From positions 15,376,001-15,440,000 of the forward strand of contig JBHGNT010000013.1 in the NCBI GenBank assembly GCA_043228905.1: a stretch of 64,000 nucleotides of DNA, read 5' to 3'. The stretch's first letter is position 1. Each line of letters opens with the position of its first letter. Made by a program: the position numbers and the translations under genes. This stretch comes from Azolla caroliniana. Taxonomy: Eukaryota; Plantae; Polypodiophyta. The notes below the pieces were generated by a model, which worked only from the letters and a program-made list of their open reading frames with translations, made no database searches and was not told the origin of the DNA. Below, piece by piece: positions 38,611 to 50,743 of the stretch.

Positions 38611-38874
38611 GAAAGAAAGAAATATTAACGTCTTCTAAGGCCAAATTTGACTCATGAGAGAATCGGTCTACAAGTTAAAAAAATGGGGTATTCACCCATT
38701 CATCAAAAGAATATATACTTCGTATATGTATGTATGTATTCGAAAGATAAAATACGTGTAGAATACGTTAACTAATAATACTTTGATATGCATATCTAAC
38801 CATTCTTTTTGTTCTAATTTTATTTTACTTAATTTTTGCTGTTTTCTTTTTCTCCTCTCCAAACGAGCTAAATA

Positions 38875-38906
<32 letters not shown>

Positions 38907-40725
38907 CATGTATATAATGAGACAAAAGAAAGGAAGAAAGAACGAAAGAACGAAGAAAAAGAAGAAGAAAAGAAAGATAGAGAGAAGAAACGTTTGATTT
39001 GAGCGTGTGTCTGTCTGTGTCTGTCTCTGTGTTGATTCCTTCCTTCCTTTTTCTTCTGGGAAACTGTCTCTCTGCTTTTGATTCTTTCATTCCTTCTTTT
39101 CCAAACCCCAGTCATTCATATTCTGCTGCTACTACTTACCCTCTCGATCGTACATCGCTCTCCACTGCCGTGCTCCTGCCATCGCTTGTTACAGAAGAAG
39201 AAGAAGAAGAAGAAGCTGCAGCAGCTCCAGGAGAATTTGATTTTGAAGGAAGAGAGCGCAGACAAAGAAGCCATAGCTTGAATCGTCTGGCTTTGTCTAT
39301 CTTTTTCCATAGCCTCCTGTATCTCTCTGCGCTTCAGGCGGGAAAAGAGAGAAGTTTTGTGGCTCAACTCAGAATAGAGGCCAGTCTGGTTCACATATTA
39401 CATACAGACGAGAAAGAGAGAACAAGAGAGGGCAAGAGAGAGCAAAAGACAGAGAGGGAGGGAGGGAGGGAGGGAGAGAGAGAGAGAGAGAGAGTTTCGA
39501 CGCAGTTGCAGACTCACCAGACATATTTCTGATTACTATTATTTTTGAAGTTTAAGCTTCTTTGATTTCTCTCAACACACACTCCTATCTCGTCTGCAAG
39601 GTATGCTGCTAGCTCTCCTTCTCTTTCTATTGCCTCCTGCACATCTTCATTGACAAACAACCCCAAAAAGTCTAAAATATATATGGCGTATAGTGACATG
39701 AATAGTCTCTCCTTCATTTCCATTTCCTGTTTGTAATATTTCTCGTAAAGTAAGAAACATTGCTACCAAATAGCAATCGGTTACAGTGGAACATCTCTAT
39801 CTATTTATCTATCTATCTCATTTCCATTTCTTCTTGCCCATCTTTTAATGAAAGAAACACTAAGCTTTGAGATAGCCATGGTTGTAGCGAAACGTTCTCT
39901 CCAGTTGAAAGGAATGACTTTTGAATCAGTCGTCTGGAGCAAATTTTCTTGTTATGACAGAAACGCAAGGGTTTAAAATCGCTAGGTTTATATTGAAGAG
40001 TCATTCCTTCGCCTCGTTTATATCAGCTGCCTGTAACGAATGGCTTTCCTTTTATGAAAAAATCAACTGGAAGATTTGAATTTTTTTAGATAATAGTGAA
40101 GATTCGATCATTCATTTCCATTACCTCTTATAATATCAGTAGCCTATAACGGCAGTAGAGCTGCTTGTTATGAATGACACACTAAGGTCTGGAAATAGCT
40201 ATGGACAGAACTGTCAAAAAATGGAGGAGAAACATTTCGATATAGCTGCTTGTCATACCAGTAGACTTTGTGTTGTAACGCTAGTTACTGTGAAAAAATC
40301 TTTCCTTCAAAGATGATGGCATGCCTTGAACCTTGAACATTGAACTAAATCTAGAGAGTGAGAATTTCTCCATTGGAATCAGTGCATTCTTTATGTGGTG
40401 TGTTCCTCACTAGATAAAATATTCATAATGTATTCTTATATCTGTTTGCCTCCTTTATCTAGAGTATCAAACCATTTAATTCCAAAGTGGACTGGAATGT
40501 TTTAATTTGCAAGTTCTAATTTTCCAAATGGCAATTTATTCAAGCCATTTAAACGATTTTAACTTGCAAGCTGCTCAATATTTCCATAATGGCAGTCAAT
40601 TCAAATTATCCAAACTATTTTAACTTGCAGGTTCCTCTATTTCGATATGATGACAATCTATGGCTAAAATTTAAATGTTTATGTTGTACCATGTGTTAAC
40701 TGAATATATTCAAACATTATGCAGG

Positions 40726-41995
40726 ATGGAGTTTTTTAAGAAGTCCAATGCAGTAAGACTGAAAAGCCATCATGGAAGATACCTATCTGCTGATGACGAT
40801 GAATGTACAATCTCTCAGACCACGAATACTTCAAAGTCTAATGTGTTATGGATAGTAGAACTTGATCCTCATGATCCAACTATAATTCAGCTGAAGAGCT
40901 GCTTTGGATACTACTTAACTGCAACAAATGTACCATTTCTTCTTGGTATGACTGGGAAGAAAGTGTTGCAAATGAAACTGATTGACTCAGATTCTGCTGT
41001 CACATGGCTTCCTATAAGAGAAGGATTTTCTGTAAAGCTTAAGAGTCGGTTTGGGAGTTATCTTCGAGCCAACACGAAAATACCTCCTTGGAGAAACTCA
41101 GTAACACATGATGTGCCACACAGGTCTTTAACTCAAGATTGGATACTATGGGAGGTAGAACCAATGGGAAGCGATTTCATTGATGGAAACTTGTCTCAGA
41201 ATTACACATTTCCTAGCATAGATTCATTATCATCAAACAAGTCTTCACTGTCTGGCAAAGATTCATTATCATCACACAAGTCTTCTTTGTCTACCAAAGA
41301 TTCGTTACCACACAAATCGTCGTTCTCAATCAACACTTTCTTTTCACAAAAGCCTTCTACCGTACAGAATCCATCACAAGAGGTTGGGTTTCATCTATTT
41401 CCAAAAAAATTATATCCATAAGTGAAAATATGGAAGGTCTAGGTGTTTTAACTTTTAAAATAATGTTTAAGAAATATCATTAATCAGCATCAGAAATTTT
41501 CAGAGTTCTCCTTCCCCAAACCTCAAGCCTGGTGGACGGACCATCTATTATGCAGTCGCAGATGATGATTGTGAAGTACCTGAAGAATTTGATTCACAAA
41601 TAAGTTTTCAAGGTCATGATTTGGACATGCTTGTAGAGGATTTGAAGAAGGAGACTGACATAGACGATGATATTTATGTATGTGCAAAAAACCATGTCAA
41701 TAATAAACTCTATCCTCTTCTCTTGAGACTGCCTCCAAATAATGCACCGATGTATGTTGTGGTTGTCAAGGCGTCATCAAAATGTAAGCCCATTCATAGA
41801 AACGGATGGTAACATGATTTAAGTTAGTATAGAAATATTTCAAGATGGCTACACAGGATTTAAAATAAAAATCTGGAATATCCATTTATATATACATATA
41901 GTATTGATGTTTTATCTTGGACCTATGTGATTGAATTTGGTTTTTGGTTTCTTGCAGTGGCGAGAACACTTCCTGGAATCAGTACAGAGTTGTAG
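40726..41995 (+). CDS. DUF569 / actin-crosslinking-like (fascin-like beta-trefoil) protein with C-terminal ubiquitin-like domain. Exons 40726-41382, 41504-41783, 41958-41995
   Basis: MEFFKKSNAVRLKSHHGRYLSADDDE..., LKSCFGYYLTATN.PFLLGMTGKKVLQ, YLRAN...PPWRNSVTHDVPHR..TQDWILWEVE, GRTIYY, KLYPL.L.LPPN..PM. GT-AG introns in phase. The CT/GA-rich 39000-39700 region is probably 5' UTR exon(s). Confidence 0.92.
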
Positions 41996-43035
41996 TCAAT
42001 ACTTTCCTTTGTATGGCCAATAGACCTTCAAAGCATACATTTGATGGATAGAAACAAAGGGAGGTGACACATTAACCAGAAGGATAATTCTTACAAACCA
42101 CTGATTTGAAGCTCTATTAATTGCTCGGGCCTTTTGGTGCCATGTACACTGGAGTAATGGAGGTGCAAAGACATCTTTATTTTAAATTGCTCTTAGGATT
42201 GCTGTTTTTTGGCTGTACAAGGTAGAAATGGGTTAAGATCCTAGTGTGTTTTTTCGTCCTCTCTAATCTATCATCACTCATTGGAGTGAATGTAAAATTT
42301 CTTGTTATGTTGGATTGAAGTTGGAGCAAGCGCAGTTGAGACCAACAAATATATACCTTGTACACTGTTCCCAAACTTCAGTTATCTTTTTGTGTTCTAT
42401 TAGTCAATTCTTAGTGGATCTATATAGTTTAGTCAGAAACGTATACTCTTGAACTTCTCCCATCTTTTTATCAAGAGAAGAAGTCCTTGCATTCATTCAT
42501 CACGTATACCCAACTAGTACTTATAGTATGGAAAAATCATAGAAACTATGCAGCAGTTTTTCAAGTTAAAGTCTGTAGGCTTCTCAAATTGTAGACACTA
42601 ATGAAAATTTTAATGGCCAAATTTGGCAGTCACACGTATACACTGAAGATTTTTGGCCATCTTGATACTCAAGAAATTCTTCTACAAAATAATCAATTTC
42701 ACAAATTAAGTTCTTTTGAAGTGTTAGCTTTAGTTAACCCTAATCCATATAAAATGATAATCAACAGTTGTTAAATCACTTATATTTCTATACTTATTTG
42801 GCATGAAAGACCCGAATGTATCAATTGCTACACAGGGAAGCAATTACAATTTACAATGTATAAACACATGATGTGCGTGATATACAGGGAAGAACCAAAT
42901 TATTCAAGAGATGAAGAGTATGCAATTAACACCTCCGCTTACACATTCAGGGGCGTCATAAGGGAAACGTTATGATCATTAAGAAAATTAAAGACATATC
43001 TGTACAATGGAAGGGCTTTCTGTTATGGTTCCATG

Positions 43036-43290
43036 CTAGTGTGTCCACCACCACTTGGACTTTTTGCGAGCCATCTCTTGAGTGTACTGCACATGTCGAT
43101 ACCACATAATCGAACAAAAAACCACTCCAATAGTGACAGTTAACCATACAATTCTCCGTCGATGCCTAAGTGACCATTCCTTGCATGAAGCCCAAACTCG
43201 AGGCTTTGTGTTAATACGAGTAATTCCAACATTATGACTGTTTGGAGGGGCTCCGACACCCTTTTTCGTGGTACTTTCCTTCAGTGGCAT
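43036..43290 (-). CDS. Putative 84-aa single-pass membrane microprotein
   Basis: ORF MPLKES...RHRRR-IVWLTVTIGVVFCSIMWY-RHVQYTQEMARKKSKWWWTH*. Upstream are an acceptor TTTTTGCAG (43419-43427), a donor ATG|GTAAAG (43781-43785) and a GC/CT-rich 5'UTR-like block at 43790-44250. Confidence 0.5.
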   Translation of the reverse strand: MPLKESTTKKGVGAPPNSHNVGITRINTKPRVWASCKEWSLRHRRRIVWLTVTIGVVFCSIMWYRHVQYTQEMARKKSKWWWTH

Positions 43291-46200
43291 GATGTGTGCT
43301 TATGTGGCCAAGAGTCCCCTTGGCTCAATACTGTTTAGTTTGATCACCTTTTGTCCTACCACCTCTGCCTTCTTGTGGGTGGGAAATGGGTATAAGGCAA
43401 CACAAAATGATCAAGGATCTGCAAAAATTCGCCCGCTTAAGTCTTGATCTGAAGGTAGCGGAGCTACTCATGACCTATTAGATGCAATCATCGCGAACAA
43501 GATAATTAGTTTTCCTGGGTCAGACAAAATTACATGCCAGTATGAAAACGTCACTACTTCTGGTGCATGAGACACATGATTGAACTATACTACCAAATCT
43601 TTGGAAGGATTCATTTCATTACAAATAAAATTTTCCTGTAATTGTAAGGCATCTGTCTAATCATGGAAAAAGGAATCATATACAAACAGACAAGAGAAAT
43701 CTATTACATATTTCTCGACTTGATTAGAGTTCATCTCTGAGAAAATTATAATACAGATAAAAAAAAAAGAGAAAACCTTTACCATGGCAATCCCCGAGTT
43801 TTTTTGTTGCGTGATAGAATCGACACAGCAAAGTAATGATACGAAGAGAGCGCCGCATTCTGAAGGAAGGAGCGGGAAATAATAATTGGAAAGAACCAGA
43901 GAAAAGACAGACAGAGACGTTGTTTAGTAGGAATTTGCTAGGATCTGAAGGTTTCTTTATCCCGTTTTTTGTTTGTTTTTCTGAATAGAATGAGAGAGAG
44001 GTTGAACATGGGCGGGCGGGGGGGGGGGTACCTCAGTATGCTACAGGCAAGAATTTTGGAAGGATGGAAGAAGCATATAGGATGGCGATGGCGATGGCGA
44101 TGGCGAAGAAGAGGTGCAAGGGGGTCGCACCTTTCCATTATCTGTGTAAAATCGAACGCCCATTTGCAAATTCATTCGATTACACAATTTAGTTGTGTCT
44201 CTTCAAACAACTCCTCTATCTCCATCTCCATCTCCATCTCCATCTCCATATATAGAGCAGTAGCACCTAGCATACGCCCCATTTCTAAATTTGGCCACCA
44301 TCCGACCACACTCGATTTCAATGGGATGAATGTCTGTCTGTCTATCAAAAATCTAACACCAAATCCAAGCGAATCTTGTGAACATAGTATCAAATCAGCC
44401 GAACTTATTAGGCCTATAAAACATCTCATGCAATTTCTTCACCCAATGTATATGAAGGTATGTATGTAATAATGTACGTATGTATGTATGTATGTTGGAT
44501 GGATGGATGTATGTATTTTCGTATTATTTCATATTGGCTTGAACCTTTAGCTAATGGTGTTTGAGTGTCCGCTTGACACTTGATGTTTGGGTACCTTCTT
44601 GTCCATAGAAGCCAACATCTACCCAACAGATCCCATTGAGTTTTAGATGCCTAAGTTTGTGATCTTTAATGATCTCATTGCATTTTAATTACAGAATATG
44701 TTGAATAGATTGAAGTTGGATGTTTTAGCTGGGGCACATGTCAAATATCTAGAAATGTTGGTGTGCCCAAATTACCTCCAATTTTCAATTAAAGAAATTG
44801 ATAGTAATCTGTTTTGAGATTTAGAACTTTTTGATGATTAACAATGGCCCACCATGCATATACTTTTTAAAGAGCCTTTTGTTTTGACATTTCTCAATAA
44901 AAAAGGATTTGTGACCATGTCTTTTTTTGCAAACCATATCCACATTTATTGTCGTTAGTCTTATCATGGCATATGAATACAAACCATTATGATTGCCACT
45001 AGACGTTTGCAAACTTCAATCCTAGTAGTGTTGTCATTACAATATGAATGATGTCTACATCCCCATGTGAGAAGAACAAATGAAAAGATTTTAAGAGAAT
45101 ATAACATTTCTTTTATATGCAAAAAGGAGATATGTGTAGAATCCCAACATACATCAAAGAGCATAATAACATAATACAATTAAAGAACATAAGAACATAA
45201 CATTATATACACGTGGATAAGAAGATACACCATTAAGAGAATTTAACCATTGTTTAAAGAGAAGGAATCCATATTACCACATGAGTGAAATAAGTACCAT
45301 GGACCAATGACACACATGAAGCAGAGAATATTATATACTGTGACACAAGGACATATGTATCAATTCACAAACACAATGAAGTATCTCCTCAAAAGTATTG
45401 GAATACCATGACAAAATGAAACAACGTCGTATAAATCAACTCACAAAAGCAATTGAGTATCTCCTAGAGTAATTATTAATAATCATAGTCATAGCATTGA
45501 CAATAGTTGTGGAAGTTTCTCCACCATTAACATTAGTATGTACACTATATTAATTTCTTATGCCTTGTGCACAAACATATGCTACCTCAAGCTTTTACAT
45601 TCATGACCATGTGTTGCGTTCCCTTGTTTCCATCACATATGCACGCCTAAGGAAACATGCCTCTGACAAACTAGTTAGGCGTGTTACTTTTGATTGTCAT
45701 GATTTCATCTTTGTCAACCCTAGACTTGTAAGTAATGGAATCATGCAAAAGAATGAATGTGGGATAATAGTATCAATGTCTATGACACATGACATGAAAG
45801 TTGATTGGCATCGATGGGATGTATAGATGCTCAAAAGATGTTACGGTTATATTTTATCATTTTCATGTTTTGGTTTGATCACCCAATTAACGTTTCAAAC
45901 TAAGAAACTAAACTTTTCAAGTTGTTGCTAGTATGTTTGCTTTTTACAAGCTCTAATTATTAGTGCTATCAATGTTCCAACACAAAAGTTCATGCTTCCC
46001 TAGTTCCATTTTATCAATATTCACACCTCTTCATCTTTGACATTCTATGGGAGTGCCTATATACTTTAGTTGTGTAGTTCCATGAGTAGAGGAAAAAGTC
46101 ACACATTTTTTCTCTTTAACCTACAATTAATGCACAAATTAATAATGAAAAACAACAGAACATCTCCCTTGAAGCCTCCCTTGAAGCCTCCCTTGAAGCC

Positions 46201-47188
46201 TATTTAACATAAAATTACCAAAATACCCCTACATGTCAACCAAAATTCTAAAAATACCCATGATAAGATGTAAATCATCAAGATTGTATAACCATTCATT
46301 GTTTTCTCTCAAGTATAAAAAATGGTCAAGACCACAATTTTGTTTTCTTTTAAATAGGAAAAATCAAGTTTATATGTTGTGCAAGCAAGCATCCATATGA
46401 GCTAAGGTGTAATAATGAATACGTAGGCAATTTATTTAGTGCAATTTTGTTCATATTATGATGGTAAACAACTTGAGTAGGTTTTGGTTTGGACAACCTA
46501 AAAACACACACCACACAAGGACATGATGGAGGAGGGAACTTTATTGCATATGACCATGCATGTATGTGTGACTCTATCTATCCCATATGTCATATGAAGA
46601 AGCTAGTGCCATCCACTTTCCTTGTTTGGTCATTCAAATGTTTATAACAAGTTTGCGACATAATGGTTGACCTTAATTGCAAATAATGGTTGAGCAATCC
46701 CTACCATTACTTGTGACCTCGAATCTAGTCAAGGTCTAGACGTGTCTACGGTGTTGTACATTGAACATATACACATTCATCAAAACACATTTGCTAGTCA
46801 TTGAAATAAACAACTAAATAAAGCAAAAGATCGCCACTTTGTTTGACCTATTGTGTTGATTTTTATGCTTTGGTTGACCATAATGGAGTGTTATTGAGGT
46901 GAAACAACACACCACATGTCATGTTGGTGCATTGGAAAGATATGACAATAACGTTTCGCCTCAAGTGATAGAATTGTTATCAACATATATACCCATGTTG
47001 CAAGCACATGTTTGTGGGCCTTCGTGAACAAATATGCAAGCAAATCATGCCATGAGGTTAGTTCATGAAGACAAACAAAGGATCAAAACAAGGTTGTCAA
47101 AATGACATTGCACATGTCATGTTTGTGGCAGTTATATGGAAAATAATTTTAGGCATCTTCGACAACCTGTAATAGTTAAGGTGGCATA

Positions 47189-47530
47189 TGATCAATGTAT
47201 TTCGCCGAATGTATTCACAAGAAAAAAAATGTATACCATGACGTGATATATGGCACATTACAAATGTTTTCTTACATTGAAACATGAGCATACATTTTCC
47301 AAATACCTTTGCTTGCTCTAATTCTTGTGAACTTTCAAATGTCATAGTTACTCATGTTTCGATGTTATGATCAATGCTATTTAGCTGAATGTATTAACAA
47401 GAAAAAAAACATATAACATGACGTGATATATGGCACATTACAAATGTTTTTACATCAAACCAGGAGCATACATTATCCAAACACCTTTGCTTGCTCTAAT
47501 TCTTGTAAACTTTCAAATGTTGTAGTTACT
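47189..47530. repeat. ~180-bp tandem duplication
   Basis: TGATCAATG...CATGACGTGATATATGGCACATTACAAATG...CCTTTGCTTGCTCTAATTCTTGT...TAGTTACT occurs at ~47189 and ~47368. Confidence 0.9.
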
Positions 47531-49151
47531 AGCTTGATGGTGTTTCTAAATAAACACTACATGAACCATGTACGTTAGAACTCTGAATGTATTTAATTTC
47601 TTAGATTTAACGAATCTTGTTGGCTCAAACCTACTTGCTACTTGAATTATCTTGGATAATGATATACTTTCGTTATAGGTAAGCGTATTATTCTTAGTAA
47701 TAATTATACTTCATCCACTATTCGTTTGCATGTACAAATATCATGTTGCATAAGGCAATAACAATTTATGATCATTGTCTAACTTTGCAAGATGTTATTT
47801 AATATGGTCGCCACGGAATGGAACATGAAGCAAGTCTAATAAATGTTTGTAACTTCAACTTTAACAAACATTCCTATATAATGAATCGTAGTTGCTAGTA
47901 ATGAGATATTGTGACCAATAATCATTCATTCTGAAATTATTCTAAAGATTGTTGGTTGTTTGTTTTCAACATCAATTTTGTCTCTCTCTTGAGACACTTC
48001 ACATATTGAGTACGTTACTAGAGTCACCATACTTTATAATTTCAATAGGAAGCTTCAAGTTTCAACTAGAGGATGAAAAGAACCAAATTCCTACCTCTTT
48101 TCCTTTTCCTGTTGTTGATTGTCACTTAGTTGTGTCTCTCATGCCATAACATGCAATAGGATCATTTATGTCAAAACTTTTCAGCATTCGATCCTAAGTA
48201 AAATAACTTCTACTAGCATATTCCCTTGTAGTTTATCAATGTTGAACTGCAATGTGGGTAGACAAAAGAACCATAGTTACAAACAAAATGAAGCAATGAT
48301 ACATGTCATAACCCGAAAGAAAATTTGAACATAAATGTTTACTTTTTTTACATGTGAGCTTTGGATAACGACTACAATTGATTCTCAAGAACGTATATGT
48401 ATATGTAAATGCAACGAAGACTTCTGAAAAAGACACTGGGAACTTTGTCCTAGTGTTGTATCGTGGCATATTAACATATGTTTAAGTTTGTCCTTGAAAC
48501 CAAAATTGTAGTTTTTTGAGATTCAAATGAAAATATAGTATCTACATTAAGAAATGTTGATATGCCTTTTAATAATGCACATGTCATACATGCCATATAG
48601 TATTGCAATTAAAATCTAAAGTGTAAGAAAACCTATTTAAGCCTCTGACTAGGAGGAATATATAACAAAATTCAAGATATTAATGATAAACCCCATTTGA
48701 ATTATATGCAAATTATAATTGATATGAGAACAAGAAAGCAAAATGATATTTTCTGTCCAAAAGGGATTGCAAACAATAGTTTTCCTTAACAACTAGATTA
48801 ATGTAGAGGAAAATGTCAATATTCTTCTAATTTGATTGCAAGAGTTTCCAAGACTTTCACAACAATAGAAGAGTTGCATGACTTGATGAACATATGAGAT
48901 CCAAAATTGTAGGTAAGACTAAGATTACATAGGGATTTTATCAATCATGGGAGTTCAATTATATGTTAGACGGTAAATTATTGACAAAGTTTCCATAGTC
49001 CTCCTTGTGCCTTGTGCTTTGATTAGGATAGGATATGATTCTTGCAAAACATGGAGCTCTTGTCACAATTCATCTAACTTGGCCTTTTATGAAGCGTAAG
49101 AAGCTCTTGTTGATTTATTTAAGTCACCACATTTATTATGATACACACACA

Positions 49152-49219
<68 letters not shown>

Positions 49220-49932
49220 TGAGCGATTCGTAGTACAAAAGAGTTTATACTTACTTACACATGCATCGCTTAATCAAGGGCCTTTACTTCATGTTTGAGA
49301 ATCCATGATAAACGCAAGCCATGTATGTGGAAGGGCATGTGAAGAAGTTGTGATTGGAAAGGTGAGGTCAATGTGTGATGGGTGAGGATTATGGGCACTA
49401 CTTACACAGATTGTTATACTATGTTCAACATTCTGAGCTTTTCAATGGAAGGGGCTTCACACTGTACAAGACAAGACAGGTAGCGCGCCAGCGTAGTCCT
49501 CCTTGGGGGGGGGGGGGGCGGACAATTGAACTAGGCACCAGAAGAATACCACCATAATATATGAGGTGGCTAGCCTAGCTACATGACTAACACCTAGTGT
49601 AATCAAACAAAAAAGACGCTTTAGAATTGTGAGGTAAACTTGTGTGTGTAAGACAATAAAAAAAAAAGGTGCATGTTTAAGGGCTCTCTAAGAGAAGGAA
49701 GGGCAAGTCACAAGTGTGTGTGTGTGTGTGTGTGGTGGATGGATGCATACATACATAAATACATACATACATACATATACGTACGTACGTACGTATGTAC
49801 CATGGTATGTATGATGTATGTATGTGTATCCATTCATAATCTCCATACATACACACACATATATATATATCTAAGAAACAGGAAGAGCTGAGAGCTAACA
49901 GAAGACAAAGAAACAGACTCTCTCTCTCTCTC

Positions 49933-49966
<34 letters not shown>

Positions 49967-49995
49967 TATTCCCCTCCCCTGCCTCCATTTCTGAC

Positions 49996-50727
49996 ATGAA
50001 GAAGATAAGCAAGCTTCATGAGCTAGTTCATCTCCTTCAAATACTGCGTCGATGGAGAAAACCTTCGAAGCTCCACGTGAAAGCCCTAACATCAGCCTTC
50101 TCCCGTACCTCCTCCCCAGCAGCTAGCAGCAGCAGGAGCAACACAAGCTTAATCTCTAAGGCCAGTTATTGTAGCAGCAGCAGCAGTAGTTGTAGCAACA
50201 GTAATGGTAGTAATGGTGAGCATGATGGTTATAATGTGAGCATAGCCCAAAAAGAAGAAGAAGAAGAAGAAGAAGAAGAAGAAGGATTTGTGACAACTAG
50301 AGGGGGTCCACATGTTGATGGTGCATTGAAACTGAAAGAATGTGATGATCGTCTGAATTGCAAGGATTGTTGTATGGATGACATGATGTTAACTGCGATC
50401 CGGCCGCGGCCCCCGCAGGGATTCATGGCAGTTTATGTAGGGGCAGAGAGGAGGAGGTTTGTGATCCGGGCCGATCACCTGAATCACCCCCTCTTCCGCC
50501 GCCTGCTAGAGAAGACGGCGGAAGAGTTCGGGTTCGAGCAGAAAGGGGGTCTGTCGATCGCCTGCGAAGTTGTCCTGTTCGAGCACTTGCTCTGGATGAT
50601 GGAGAACAAGCACCTCGACTACCTCCGCCAAGTAGACGGCTCCAGCCTCATCGACCGTGATGCCGAGCTCTGCGAGCTTCTCGATTGCTATCACATGAGC
50701 AATTCGCATCGCAATGGGCAACCCTAA
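49996..50727 (+). CDS. SAUR: SAUR-like auxin-responsive protein (243 aa, intronless, long low-complexity N-terminal extension)
   Basis: Auxin_inducible core PPQGFMAVYVGAERRRFVIRADHLNHPLFRRLLEKTAEEFGFEQKGGLSIACEVVLFEHLLW. N-terminal KI..LV.L.QILRRW motif seen in SAURs. Confidence 0.95.
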   Translation: MKKISKLHELVHLLQILRRWRKPSKLHVKALTSAFSRTSSPAASSSRSNTSLISKASYCSSSSSSCSNSNGSNGEHDGYNVSIAQKEEEEEEEEEEGFVTTRGGPHVDGALKLKECDDRLNCKDCCMDDMMLTAIRPRPPQGFMAVYVGAERRRFVIRADHLNHPLFRRLLEKTAEEFGFEQKGGLSIACEVVLFEHLLWMMENKHLDYLRQVDGSSLIDRDAELCELLDCYHMSNSHRNGQP

Positions 50728-50743
50728 ACCCTAAACCCTAAAC
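50720..50743 (+). repeat. Short interstitial telomeric repeat (CCCTAAA)3 overlapping the SAUR stop codon
   Basis: AACCCTAAACCCTAAACCCTAAAC read directly. Confidence 0.85.

Noticed and set aside
38999-39532. 177-aa ORF upstream of the DUF569 gene
   Set aside because: Low-complexity translation of CT/GAA/GA microsatellites with a non-ATG start. Better explained as 5' UTR or promoter.
43969-44469. 166-aa plus-strand ORF
   Set aside because: Built from hexamer repeats (WRWRWR, SISISI) with a non-ATG start. Probably the 5' region of the minus-strand microprotein gene.
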